Part shown: positions 10,072 to 24,800 of the stretch, one piece after another | Numbering within the stretch: the first letter of the stretch is position 1 | Layout: each line of letters begins with the position of its first letter | DNA from: Podarcis erhardii | Lineage: Eukaryota | NCBI GenBank assembly: GCA_964252035.1 | Contig: OZ176204.1 | Length of the DNA: 64,000 nucleotides | Reading direction: 5' to 3' (one strand) | The notes under the pieces: generated by a model | Database searches by the model: none | Seen by the model: only the letters and a program-made list of their open reading frames with translations | What the model was told of the DNA's origin: nothing | Made by a program: the position numbers and the translations under genes

Positions 10072-13000
10072 TCACCTGGCAAGTGTCCCAAGCAGAAACC
10101 TGAAGAAAAAGACCACCACAGCGGGCTTTAGCAGCAGCAAGGCATGAACAAAAGGAACCCTTTTAAAAATTTATTTATAAATAAAGAATTACCATTTTTT
10201 TACAAATTTAAACACAACTTTACATCCAAATATCCTTGACTTCCCTTCCCCCTCCTCCCATCCCTGGTTCATTTTATTAACTCTTTTATGCTACATATTC
10301 TATCCCCCCCCCATTCTCGTTTTCCCAGTTTTATATCAAAATATTTCTTACTGCTGAATTTATTCTATTACTGTTAACATTTTAATGTGTTTACAATAAT
10401 TCAGATATTCTACATTTCTTTTCAAGTCTTCCTTATTCTTTTTTTTCATCCTGATTGCTTAGTCAGAACCCAAGTTATTAATCCAAACCTCTACGCTCAA
10501 TCAAAATGGCTTCATCACATCTGTACAAGGATATGTCAACCTACCTCCAATTTAATTACAGTGAGTCTCAAGGACAGCCAAGTCGAGCACCTACAGTGTA
10601 TTTAAGTTGGTACTGTTTTTTCTACGCTGTCCCCCAAGAGAAAGAGTCCTGCTCACCATTCTCCTCGTGCTGCCACAGCTTCCTTCCGCACCAGCCGCTT
10701 CTTGTCATCCAGGGGTTTGGCCAGGGCTCGAATCACTCGTGGCTTGTAAGGTATCACCTGGTAGCAAGCAGAAGCCACCATCAATGAGGTTCCCACAGTT
10801 CCCATGGAGGTCTTAATACCTGTTCATGCTAGCAACAGGAGACAAGTAGATCTTGGCACAAGTAAGGCAAATGTTGGAGCATCTGGCAAGCTTATCGGGC
10901 AGATCCATTACTTACCACCGGAGTGGGGAGGGAGGCAAGTGCATGGAGGCACTGTAGCGCAGCAATGCGGATTGCCTGCAATATAAATGGTAGATTTAGT
11001 CTTCTGCTGATCGTCCAGGAGGAAACCGGGAGTATCCAGCTGCATAAAGAGGCTACCCAGTACTCACCATAGCAGGGTTGTTTGTCAGGCTGATAAATTT
11101 GCCCACGAGTGTGTCGATGTGCAGGCTCATGACGTGCGGCGCCTCTAGCAACAGTGGCTGTAGGCAGTGCAAAGTTGAGAGCTGCACCACAAGGTCAGGA
11201 CACGACAGAGCTTCCAGCAGGAGAGGTAGCAACTGGGGGATAAGAGGGTAGAGTCATGAAATCAACAGAATTATAGAGTTGAAAGTGACCCTAAGGATCA
11301 TTTAGTCCAACTCCCTGCAATGCAGCTGTCCCACACAAGGACTGAGCCTGCAACCTTGGCACCATGCTCTAACCAACTGAGCTGTCCTAGCTGAAAAAAG
11401 GGGGGGGCATCATTCTTCTCCATAATATGCCCCACCCACAAAATAATTCCCAAGAGTTCTTAGGGCCTGGTGCTCGGCACAGCTGCACACTCACCGTAGG
11501 CAGCTCTGTCACTAGCACTGGTTTGGGCAGGTGGTTCAGTATGTGAGACAGGCCTTTCAGGTAATTCGCCTTCACATCTAGGAAGAACAGAAGGGCAAGG
11601 CTTAATCCTGTGGCGCTGAGGAGACTCATCCGAAAAGGTTATGACCGTTTAGAAACTGAATAGCAAATGACATCTACGGAGCCTACAGTGAAGAAAAGCC
11701 ATTTGTTTGTCCCATGTAACAGGCAGAGTAGGCGAGTTCAGTTTTGAGCTCTCCTGCCCAAAATCAACTCCAGAAACTCCGAGGGGTCCGGGAAGAGGAA
11801 GAAAAAGGCGAGAGGCTCGGACTGCTCCTCTTGTTGTCGAGGGTTCAGAAGCTCCTACAGTCCAAAGAGGGCTACAAAAGGCAGGTCATGCAAAGAGTCC
11901 ACAATTTCTGCAGACAAAAAAAATGCTAAAATGCTGCAGTAGCTTCCTCATTTCAATTTGACCATTATTCCAACTGTGCTCCTCCTGTTAATTCCGATGC
12001 TTTCCGTAAGAAATGGGACAAGAGGAAATTCTTACCAGGAGCTGCTGTGTGGAAACCCTGCACCAACTGCGGCACACACTCTGTGAAGAAGCGCTGGCGG
12101 AACATGAGGCGCACCTCAGCGTGGCAGCTCTTGCCCAGCACGTCTGGGGAGTCGGCCATGAGCAAGGCAAGGCCATCGCCCACCGCAGGGCCAAGGACCG
12201 TGTCCCCCAAAAGAACGAGGAGCTTTAGGGTAAAAGACAGGAGCCATTGAATGTGGTAAGGGCACAGTAGCCTCCCTGAGGGTCCCAGGCCTTTCCCAGA
12301 AGCTCACCTTGTCCGTCAGGTGTGTGGTTAGTGGGTGGTAGCGTAGCAACAAAGCCTTGCTCACCTGCAGGGCAAAAATAAAGGAACATTGAGCTTTGTT
12401 TCTGGCAGAGACGGGAGGGATGGGGCATGGCAGAAACTCACCCAAAGCAGCAGAGTGAGGGCTTGGCTTTGATGAGGACCCTCATTTAGGCCATGCTCCA
12501 ACTTGTTCATGGCCAGCTCCAACAGCTCATCTAGCTGAGGCCCTGGAAAGGGTAAAGAGACTGGCTGTTGTTCTGGGCAACTTCTTGCATTAGTCAAGCA
12601 GGGCATCACTTAACACAGCCCAGCTCTGAGGTTTCAAGAGCCTCTGAACAACATCCCCAGCCCTTCAGTCCTAGGACAGACTCTATCGGTTACCTGCTGG
12701 GTGCTTGTTAACCAGTCCTGCAAAGCATTTGGCAGCAGCTGTGGCAGTGAAAGGGCAGTCACAGGAGCAGCTCAGGGCTAGCAGTTCACGCAGCAGGCGG
12801 TCTTGCTGAGGAATTGGAACCTGAAAGGAAGCCAGAGCGTGGGGAGGCATGGAGGCAACAGCAGAACTTCAAGCTGCCGGTTCCCAGCATCACTTGCCTA
12901 GGGATCAGGCACACAAGGCAGGATGGGTAGATCTGTTCTCTCAGCCATGAGGCAACCTCCCACCGTCCCCATCCCCCCCCCCCAGATCTTCCCCAGGACT

Positions 13001-16000
13001 CACATTCCTTGGCAGTGAGCAGACAAACGCCATGAGGAGCGCAACAAGCCTTCTCTGGGCTGCCATCAGACACTGCCCATCCTGTAAAGGAAAAGAAATA
13101 TTGTTTCCACTACCAAAGTCTCTGGCCACATTTCCCCATATGCAGCAGCAGCAGCGCCTCACTCATACAAAATACCTGGAAGGGCTGGAAAGTGCTGGGA
13201 AAGGTGTTTCCAGGTTGGAAGGAAAGGTCTCCATCCAAGAAGAGGGGAACCACTTTGGAGACACTCTGGGCAGCCTGCCTGCCAGGAAGAAGAAACAAGA
13301 ACACTGGATTACAGCACATAATAATATAACAATTCATTATTTATATGCTGCCCATCTGACTGTGTTGCCCCAGCCACTCTGGGCAGCTTCCAACAAATTT
13401 AAACATCAAACATTAAAAACTTCCCTATACAGGGCCTCCTTCAGATGTCTTCCAAAAGTCAAGATAGTTGTTTCATTTCCTTGACATCTGACAGTAGTAT
13501 AGTATATTCCCCAAGGGGGTATAGTATATTCCCCAGTAGTATATTCCCCAAGGAGGGGAAGGGGAGACTGCCTGCACTTCTGTTCACCGAGTCATGCTAG
13601 AACCTGACCTTATCCAAAAGCACAAAGATTGTGCATCACTACTTGTCACTCTGCAGGGACAGAGACCACAGGATGGCAGCAGCTGCTACTCACTCTGGTC
13701 TTAAGTGCGTACACGCACTGCTGATGACCGATACCATGGCTGATAAGGCTTCTTCCTTCAGCAGCACACTGCTTGGCAATGTATGGGAATTCTCTGAAAA
13801 TAGTCATGAAAAAAGGGGGGAGGGAATAAATGTGAGGGGATGGAGACAGTTCCTGGAATCCCATCAGCTGCCTTTCAGCTGGGAGCCAGTGTGGTGTAGT
13901 GGTTAAGAGCGGTAGTCTCATAATCTGGGGAACCAGGTTCGCGTCTCCACTTCTCCACATGCAGCTGTTGGGCCAGTCACACTTCTTTGAAGTCTCTCAG
14001 CCCCACTCACCTCACAGAGTGTTTGTTGTGGGGGAGGAAGGGAAAGGAGGTTAGCCGCTTTGAGACTCCTTAAAGGGAGTGAAAGGCGGGATATCAAATC
14101 CAAACTCTTTCAGTTTGCCACCTGCATAATGGACACCTGACAGGGACACTGAGATTGGCCCCAAGTGGGTAAAGGCCAGCCCAGCACAAGGGAAAGGTAC
14201 CTCCCTTTCTCTCAAGTTCTAAAGTATACAGAACCCCACCTGAGCTATGGGTACTGGCCTGGTTCGGGGAGCACAGGGTCTGTGCTCATCTCCCCACCTT
14301 ACCTTGCATTGCAGCCTTGACTGCTAAGCCCACCAAGAACGGCACCACAGCCTGGTGGAAGTACCAGTAACTCTGAGCATCTTGCTGGCACTCGAATGCT
14401 ACCTGCTGCAGACTCTGGCACACCGACACCACAGAGTGGGTATCAGCAGGTATACTCCCTGCAAAATAAATAAAAAAATCAAAAGAGCATTCAGGGTGGA
14501 GACTACCAGTTCCAATGTGTTTTTCTTTTTAAAAAAATACTAATACATTATCACCAGGGCCATTTAAAGGCATCACATTGTGTCAGAAATGGGTTATGGG
14601 CCAAAACAGTCAAAGACTGATGGTCCTAGGCTTCCAACAACAAGCTGTACTTCTGTCCCACTAATGACAGAATTATGGGACTGTAGGCACCTAAAGGTTA
14701 CCAAAGCTCAGTGTACAAACAGCTCTCTACTAACCCCATCCATAGGAACAAGGAAGCTCTGCCTTACAAGGAGTCAGGCTCCTGGGTCTACCTAACTCAG
14801 AGCCGTCTACACTGACTGGCAGTGGATCCTCAGTGTTTCAGAAAGGAAGTCATGGAAACATAAATTGTAGGGTTGGAAGGGACCCTGGGGATCATCTAGT
14901 TCAACCCCCTGCAGTGCTGGAATATGCAGCTGTCCCATACAGTGATCAAACCTGCAACCTTGCCATTATCAGCACCACACTTTAACCAACTGAGCTATCC
15001 AGTCTTTTCTGGAGATGGCAGGGATTGAACCTGAGGCCTTCTCCATGTTTAGCAGATGCTCTACTACTGAGCTGCAGCCCTTCCCAATCTTACACATCCT
15101 ATTAATGACACACAGATGCTGAGCCCTTCTTTTATTGCTGTCCCAAGCACTGGGCTAGGTTCCTTGCTTCCGAAGTATCAATAGTTTATCATATACAATT
15201 TTTACACTACCTTGCTGAATCTGCTGGAAGTGCTGCAGGAGGACTGGAACTGTTTCCCTCACTATACTAGGGTGCGTGGACACAGCTGCTAGAGCCTGCA
15301 GGCGACGTTCCTGCTGGGATGGATTGCTGTCCTCCTGAAGCTCTGAAACAGCACACAGAACACAACAGCCAGTCAATGAATTTGTCCCTAGGGACAGGGC
15401 CATGGAGGTACCACCTTCTACCCCTCCACATGAACATGGATTTGGGAATGGTTGATTCTTGGACCTGGAGCTAACCTATCCGTCTGCCCATTTGGCCTTA
15501 CTCACGTTCCTCAGGGCACAGAGACCACGCAGATTCAAGTCAAAGCCCCCTGCAATGGCTCTGCCTACAATGCAGCTAGCACTCAGGGATAGACACTTTG
15601 AACTTCTGCACAAATGCTTAGTAAAGGCAGCATAAGAGAGGATACCCACTTCCCCACAACCTGCCCAACTTGCATGCTGTACCTGATTGCAGCCCTTCTG
15701 AGAACTTCTGAACCAAGCACTTGCTGAAGGCTTGTGGATAGAGGGGAGCCAGGCGTCCGGCCGCCTCCATAGCTACCATGCTGCAGGGATAAAGGAGTGT
15801 GTAAGGATGGATGAACTTGTTGGTCACTCAATACCGTAAAGCAACTCACAGTTCTTTATGGATTAATCTAATTTTATAATTGTAATATTGAGCTGTGTGT
15901 GCACTACATTTTATAAAAATGTTCACTTGATTACAAGAGCTCTTTGGACAAGAACGCAGGTTAGACAGCGATGCAGACTGCCCAGGTTTTGTTAAGCTCA

Positions 16001-19000
16001 CTCCGCCCGGGTTCATCTAAGAACTTATCAGAAGAGGGTAGGATTATCACATCACTATAGAAACTATGAAAAGGAATCACTGGATTTGTTTGGGAACTGT
16101 CCTGTGACTCGCACGTTTGGGTGCACTGCGCACTGAATAGGAAATGCAGGAAGGCCAGAGGAAAAGATACAGCACTTGAAATCTTAAACAACAGGATGTT
16201 ACCAAGCTAGACATTTTTTTTTTTAAAAAAAAGGATTTAAAGAATATTACACTATGAGGGACATTTTTATGGAAGAATGTTTAACTACACTATTGGGTTC
16301 AGACTGAAATGAAACTGTGCTAAGAGAATGAGGATATGAGCTCTATTCACACATTAGAACAAAGCATGATAAACCAAAGAATGTTTTAGTACAAAACTTA
16401 AGATTGAAAAAAGATCATAAAAGCAGTATTAGTAAAGTCCTTCTCTTAATTAAAACACATGCAAACCTTAACAGATCAGTGTAAGACAACACCAAACAGA
16501 AGCAGAATTTTGGATTAGGAAATGAGTAATTCATGAGACTGTATTAGAAACCTTGTCATTTGCCATTTACAGGTAGTGGACTAAAAGAATGTAAACATTT
16601 TCAATATTTAGAAAGAGATAAGCCCAAAGACAATTCTGGGAAGTTCAACAATGCCTGCTGTTTCCCTTGCACCCACAGGGTCCAGCTTTGTTTCCACCCC
16701 TCACCTGGTCTGGGAATCGTCCTCATGCAAGATTAACTTTGTAAGGTGATCCACAAACATCTCCACATCTGAGAGGGTCAGGAGCCCTGAAACGGAAGAG
16801 AGACTGAAGTCCAAAGCCCTTCCTTTCCCTGGTAGTAACACTCTTCTATCAGTGCCAGTTTTACTATATTGCATTCCACTTCCTAGAGGCTGCCTGCAGC
16901 CCATATAGTCCAAGTTATGCAAGGTGGGGTGGGGCAGTACCTAATCTGATTCAAGTCCAGCTGTCTGGCTGCACACACATGATGGAAACAGGTCTGTGTG
17001 CACGCTAGATGGATCTGTAAAGGAATGCACACCAAGGGGGAAATCTCTAAACAAGCCGCAATTCTTCCATGACTCCTGGGAGTAACCCACAGATCAACAC
17101 ATACCTTGCAGTGATCCTAGAAAGGTCAGAACCCGGATGCCAACCAACTGAAGTTGCACACTGGACTCAGAAAGTGCAGAGAACACCACGGAACACAGCG
17201 CGTCTTTGAAGCAAAGCAGTGGACTCTTGTCTGCAAGGGAGAGAAACAGGCACACAGGCAGTGTCATGAGACTGACCACCCTGGGCACGAATCACTAGAA
17301 ATTACAAGGTCCTTGGTAGGGGCACTTTAACTTTCTGAGAGGATTGTGATCAGAATTTAGATAGTGAAGAATGAGAAACTTCCTAAAATTCTGAGTGGTC
17401 AGCAATGGTACAGATGGATTGCTCATTAAGAGCAGTCATCCACCAAGGTTACTCAACTGCAGTCACCATGTCATCCTGCAAAGAGCATTTCTACTTGGTC
17501 ACTGAAAGCCATGCTCAAAGAAACTTTGGTTCTGGAATATTTGGCTGGAGTCCCAATTGCATTGCATTTAAAGCACTCTCATGCCACTTTAAACAGTCAT
17601 GGCTTCCCCCAAAGAATCCTGGGAACTGTAGTTTGTTAAGGGTGCTGAGAATTGTTAGAAGAGGGATTGCTTGTTAAACCACTCTGGGAATTGTAGCTCT
17701 GCGAGGGGAATACTGATCTCCAAGGTGATATGATACTGTTTTAAATGTGTGCTGTAGTTGGAACCCAACTCTTGTGCATACATTTTCTAAGACTTCTCTC
17801 ACCAACCACAAGGGCTCGAATTTCTTCTGGGAAGCTATCGTGTCAGACTCTTTGTTTTTCAATTCTGTTGTCTCCGCATTTCTCTTCTCCCTATTACTGC
17901 ACCTATCTCACTGCCCGCCCCCCTTCCCAGACAGGCCATTGCTAAATCCCATAGATTAAGGCGACTTTTCTCTGCAAACAACTGCTCTGGGCAAGACAGG
18001 AACATTGGAAGCCCAGGATGCTGCAGAAGGGCAGCCTTGCTGGTAGGAAACAAGAAGAATGGAGAACCATCTCACCGTCTTCCTCAGGCCCCCACTGTTG
18101 CCGCAGCTCCAAGAAACCAAGCAGCACTTCCAAGATTGTCCTGTGCTGGCTACTCTACAAGAGATCAAAAAGGGCAGAGGATGGGTTGAAGGGACTAAGA
18201 CACAGAAGGAGAGACAAGTTCTGCAGGCCATTGTCCTACATGGAATTTGAGCCCAAGTGTATGCCTGGGGCAGGTATATGCCACTAAACGTCCCTTAATA
18301 TGAGATTGCAATCACCTAAGCCCCTTTCACTACTCTCCACCACAAGCATATTCCGCTCCCATTTGTCCTCACCTGCTCATGCTTGGTGTACTGTTCCACC
18401 AGCAAGGGAAGTACACTGTATGTGATCCGGTAATAGGCTCGCAAAGAGGCCCCTGCAGCCGCCTGCAAGAGTTTGGCACTCGGCCACACCAGCTTCATGT
18501 CAGGCTCACAAAGATGGTGTCTGCAATCTGAAACAGATAAGAGCGCTTGGGAGAAACAGTATCACTCCCAATGCCACTGCAGAAATCCCAGCAAGAATTA
18601 GCACTACTTAATTCCACCAGCTTGCAAACTGCAAACAGTTTCAAAGCTTAGTGGAGAATTTGCTACCTTCCCACAAGTCAGCTCCAGTTTCCACCCCTTC
18701 CCTTCCCTCCAGTCCTGTAAGCCAAATCATGGCTGCAACAGCATGACGAGATATTTTTCCCTTGGGGGAAGTGGTCATTTCCTCCAAGCAGCAGTTTATG
18801 AATGAGAAATGGAAGGTCCTTCACAGGACTGGAAAGATGCTAGAAAAGGGATGTTGCTCCAAAGGTTACCTCGCAGAATGCCTGTAAGGAAGGAATCTAA
18901 AAGATCCTCATCATCAGAACTGAGCACCAAGCGGGACAGACATGTTGACAGAGCACGCAAAGCAGACAGACCTTCTGCTTCAATCTTCTCACTTGCTGTC

Positions 19001-21794
19001 TGGAACACCTGTTGAGGAGCAGGAGGAGAATCAGCTGTACAGTGCAGACAATCCTGCAAATAATCCAGTCAGTGATCCCGCAATCCAGCAAGTAATCCAG
19101 TGATCCAGCCAGTGATCATAATGAAGGGGGGTTATTTGCTTCTTTACAGATCCATCAAATATTACAACAGCCTGATAATTCACTGTAATGAAACTACTCT
19201 ATTGGCCCGAATATAAGCCGTGCCTTTAAAATTCAAGGGTGGAAAAGGGAGGGGGGATACACAAATATAAGCCGCTTCCTTAAAATTCTGCATGCACTCA
19301 CACTCGTTCCATTTTACCGTATATCTGTTTCAGCAGCAATATCGTAAAAGCCAATTTTTGTAAGGTCGCAAATGTAAATTTAAACCACGCTTTAACTTTT
19401 CACGGTCGGAAAAAAAGTGAGGCTTATATTCAGGCCAATGCAGTATACAGTGGTACCTCGGGTTAAGAACTTAATTCGTTCTGGAGGTCCATTCTTAACC
19501 TGAAACTGTTCTTAACCTGAATCACCACTTTAGCTAATGGGGCCTCCTGCTGCCGCTGCTGCACAATTTCTGTTCTCGTCCTGAAGAAAAGTTATTAAAC
19601 CGAGGTACTATTTCTGGGTTAGCAGAGTCTGTAACCTGAAGTGTATGTAACCTGAAGCGTATGTAACCCGAGGTACCACTGTATAATGTTTCAAGCAGTC
19701 CCCAGACACAGAGAGCAGGAACAATGTAATGGATGCACTTTCACAGAACACCAGAACCACCTCGCTTTGGGAATCCTTGCTCCTCTCACCTCCCTACGCA
19801 GGGATGACCAAAGGCTGGGTAGGAATTCCTTCAGCTCCTTCTCCCCATAGATCATGCAGGCAGCATTCTGCAAAAGAAAGGAAGTGGGGAGGGGGGAGAG
19901 AGAGTCAGACATGAGTCATCTTGGGTGTGCTGTTAATTTGCAGTCAAGATGCTGCATTACCTAGAAGCAGCACCAGAGCCGCCGCCACCCCTTAAATCAG
20001 CTTTGAGGAAAGCTGCAGGAGCAGAGAGGGCTGCATGGCAACCTACTGCGGAGCCTTGATACTTTTGCTCAGTGCTCTTACCAAGGTTTGCAGGGAGTCC
20101 AGCTTGGCACTTTGTACGTCAGAGTCCATTTTCTCAATGAGCAATGGGATCAGGAACTGTAAGGAGAGAAGATCCTGGAAATCTCAATATACTTTGCTCA
20201 GCATAATTTGGGGTTATAATATACCTCAGAAGATCAGACCAGCAGGCCTCACAAAACAATGTAAAACCCATATAAAGAGCACAATGCAATACTCCCCACT
20301 GACAACACCTTGGTGGTGACTGGGTATTTGTGTTAGAATACTGCAGTCTGCTATCATCTTAGCCAAGAGGGGAGTGTCCATCAATGTAGAGGGCCTAGAT
20401 TCACTCATGCAGGCAGGAAGCTACCACTGGCAGTATCCACTAGAAAGCTCTGAGAGGGTCATCAGGCTCTCAGCTGCACCTGCCTGGAGCTAGTGTAGCA
20501 AAAAATCAGGAAAAAACACTCCCCACCTTTTGCATGGCATGGCTTTGGATATGATGCTCAGGTGCTTCAGCTCTGCCCACTGCTGCCTGGCCAGGGTTAA
20601 GATTGCTCTGGCAGTTTCTAACTTTCTGACTTTATTCTAATTCTATGAGGGGCAAAATATACCTACCACGGCAGTAATTTGTGTAGCATATGGGCCATTT
20701 CAGAGAGCCATTAATCCCAGCTTTTTTAAATAAAAAAAGCAATTATTTATTTATATCTATAAATCAAGCTCTCTGTCCAAAGTCTGATAGTAGTAGCAGT
20801 TTGAAAGATCAGTGTTGGGAAATGCAAAAGGACCAGAGAGTAAATTTACTCCCCAACTCATATATCTGCAATAGACTGAAGTCTCAAAGTTAAGGGCCAA
20901 ATTATCTCTACAATATGCTTGTTCTGGGATTAAATGCATTGTCTTATCCTAATGAAGGCTCTGACAATGTGATGCTCCCATCAAGAGTAGAAGGAATTTT
21001 CACCTTGCAACCGCTTTGCCCTTCAAAAATCTTGTCCAGAGCAGCATGAGAGGTGGTGTAAGGGGGAGGAAAGATCTGCAATCATTGTTCCCTTCCCCAA
21101 CACCTATATATTCATAGAGGGCTTTTTAGGATCCAAATTGCTGTGCACCACTACAGCAACATCTTCTGTTGATTCGGATAAACTATTACAAATGGCTGCA
21201 TTATGGGCCCCAGTAAGGGAAGTTTTTAATGTTTGATGTTTTATTGTGCTTTTAATTCTGTTGGGAGCCGCTTAGAGTGGCTGAGGAAACTCAGCCAGAT
21301 GGGAAGTGTATGTATAAATAGGAAGAACCCACAGGGCACAAAAAACAGACTTCAGCCATGATACACAATGGCCCTACCTCAGCAAAAATGGGAGTAGAGG
21401 TCAGCACTGCCCGCAGGCTGATGATCAAGTCTTCTCTCTGGATTCCATGAGGATCATTGGAGGGCTGGAACAGAAGCAAAATCGAAAGATTTAGACATGA
21501 ATGTGCTGAATAAACCCATCTCCATATGACCACCCCCAGTTCCAGGCATTACACAAACTATCCTGCTCCAACACCCATATCCAAGCATTGTGAAGGAGTG
21601 ACAAAGCACCAGATTTACTCACTCACAGGGGTAAAGTCGATGGGGAAGTAGCAGGAAGTCACCTCAAACAACTCCTCTGCGAAGGGCCCTGAGAGGTGAA
21701 GATAGCAGTATGAGTTCTTTGGGTGACCAAAACAGTCACTCACAAGTCTGGACTATTTAGTTGTATCTTATTTAGTGCTACCATTCTCACAGGC

Positions 21795-21835
<41 letters not shown>

Positions 21836-24800
21836 TTCCATGGCCTCAACAGCAGATATAACCTGTGGTTCTATGTTCAATGATTCCAAAGCTATGCACA
21901 CTTTAACAAGCTCCCCATAGAGCCTGCCTCCTCACACACCGCAGGCATAAGAAGTTTAACCAACCAACCAACCAACCGCTGCCAACATGGGCTTCCCCAC
22001 ACTGACAAGGACTTGGACATACCCAAAGCATAGCCCTTCACAATGATGTCTCGTACAATCTGGAAGGCTATTAACAGGTTGCGTGGGTCCTTCTCTCCAT
22101 CCATCACCTGGATGAACCCGAAGGTGAAATCGGCACCCAGACCTTTCAGTTCTGCAGGAAAAAGCGTCAGGTAAGGAAATTCCCAGGGTTTTCCAGTAGG
22201 GTGTCTGACTCAGCCCCTTCCACAGCCATCCATCTCACCTGCCTCTCGGTTGCTCATGAAGTTAGTAATGATACTGTAGATTGTATGGCGATCTGCTTGC
22301 AGCAAAGACTGGAGGATAAGAAAAGCATAGCTGGAAATAAAGCAGTATTACGTGAACCTGTTCCAAGCATTAGAGATTTATGTTTTTGTTCTGATCCTCT
22401 CCAGTTCATGCTATCATACTCTGGTCCATAGATCTGGGTGCCTAATTTGCCAGAAAGACAATTAAGATACTGCAGGCAAGTCAGAAATTTACACACACCC
22501 AGCTGAAGGCCAGGACCTTCCATAACATCCTCTCTACCTTTATTTTTAGTCTTGCTGAGAGTAGCTCCAATTACCTTAATGTCCCATGTGAAAAATCAAG
22601 ATATACACATTCACACCGGAACTACAGTGGTGCCTCGCAAGACGAAATTAATTCGTTCCGCAAGTCTCTTCGTCTTGCGAGTTTTTCGTCTTGCGATGCA
22701 CGGTTTTCCATAGGAATGCATTGAAAATCAATTAATGCGTTCCTATGGAAACCGCCTTCCCCCGACCTCTTCTGGCGGGCGGCATTTTAAAATCGCCCGG
22801 GACAGCGGAGGAATTCTCCGCTGTCCAGGCGATTTAAAAGCCCCTGGGAAGGCAAGCAGGGGGGACAAAGACTTTTGCCCCCCGCCTGCCTTCAGAAGAG
22901 GTCCAGGACAGGCTTCGCGGACCTCTCCGCAAGCAGCGGGAGCGCTCCTTGCGGAGAGTTGCCAGCGCGCCCAGGCTTCGCGGCCCCGCCGCCCGGCTTC
23001 GGGACATCGTTCCGATGCCAGGCGGCAGGGGGAGGCTTTCTCGCCCCGCCGCCCGGCATCGGGACGATGCCCCGAAGCCGGGCGGCGGGGGGAGGCTTTC
23101 CCGCCCCGAAGCCGGGCGGCGGGGGGAGGCGTTCCCGCCCCGCCGCTCGGCTTCGGGACATCGTTCCGATGCCGGGCGGCGGGGGGAGACTTTCCCGCCC
23201 CGCCGCTCGGCTTCGGGACATCGTTCCGATGCCGGGCGGCGGGGGGGAGACTTTCCCGCCTCGCCGCCCGGCATCGGGGCATCGTTCCGATGCCGGGCGG
23301 CGGGGGGAGACTTTCCCGCCCCGCCGCTCGGCTTCGGGACATCGTTCCGATGCCGGGCGGCGGGGGGAGGCGTTCCCGCCTCGCCGCCCGGCATCGGGGC
23401 ATCCTTCCGAAGCCCGGCGGCGGGAGGTGTCCCCGCCCCGCCGCCAGGCTTCGGAGGAGGTCCGAGGACAGCGGGGAAGACGAGCTGCGCTTCCCCACTG
23501 TCCCGGAGATTTCCCTATGGGCTGTCGTCTTGCGAAGCAAGCCCATAGGGAAATTCGTCTTGCGAAGCGCCTCCAAAACGGAAAACCCTTTCGTCTAGCG
23601 GGTTTTCCGTCTTGCGAGGCGTTCGTCTTGCGGGGCACCACTGTAGAGGCATTTCACAGCAGAATTTGCATACATTACCACACACAAATGATACATGTGT
23701 CCACTCCTTTTATATTTAATTACTCAAGGCTAAGAGAAGTTGCCACGGTCTCATCTTGTCCACCCACCCAACTACTCTTTCAAATAAGGTTATTAATAAG
23801 GGCAGTGGGGAGTGGGTAAAGAATGGCAGCTAATATAGTTACTTGCCAAAGGCAACTTAACAAGTCATGATAAATTTGAACCTATATCCAACTCCGGTGA
23901 CCTATTCCCTCAGGCCGTGTTTCATAGTTTTATTTATTTATTAAAGAACTATCTCTAGCCTGCCTTTCTTGGCAATGGCCATCCAAGATGACTTACAACA
24001 ACAGCCCATTACAAAATATCAGTAATACAGCCATAAAACCATAAAACAAGATGAATTTTAACAGGGAGAAATGTAAAGTATTGCACTTGGGCAAAAAAAA
24101 TGAGAGGCACAAATACAAGATGGGCGACACCTGGCTTGAGAGCAATACATGTGAAAAGGATCTAGGAGTCTTGGTTGACCACAAACTTGACATGAGCCAA
24201 CAGTGTGACGCGGCAGCTAAAAAAGCCAATGCAATTCTGGGCTGCATCAATAGGAGTATAGCATCTAGATCAAGGGAAGTAATAGTGCCACTGTATTCTG
24301 CTCTGGTCAGACCTCACCTGGAGTACTGTGTCCAGTTCTGGGCACCACAGTTCAAGAAGGACACTGACAAACTGGAACGTGTCCAGAGGAGGGCAACCAA
24401 AATGGTCAAAGGCCTGGAAACGATGCCTTATGAGGAACGGCTAAGGGAGCTGGGCATGTTTAGCCTGGAGAAGAGGAGGTTAAGGGGTGATATGATAGCC
24501 ATGTTCAAATATATAAAAGGATGTCACATAGAGGAGGGAGAAAGGTTGTTTTCTGCTGCTCCAGAGAAGCGGACATGGAGCAATGGTTCCAAACTACAAG
24601 AAAAAAGATTCCACCTAAACATTAGGAAGAACTTCCTGACAGTAAGAGCTGTTTGACAGTGGAATTTGCTGCCAAGAAGTGTGGTGGAGTCTCCTTCTTT
24701 GGAGGTCTTTAAGCAGAGGCTTGACAAGCATATGTCAGGAGTGCTCTGATGGTGTTTCCTGCTTGGCAGGGGGTTGGACTCGATGGCCCTTGTGGTCTCT

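Noticed and set aside
22735-23819. Long ORFs (186-314 aa) open in all six frames
   Set aside because: They span the GC-rich minisatellite, which lacks stop codons by composition. Translations are low-complexity repeats with no domain.
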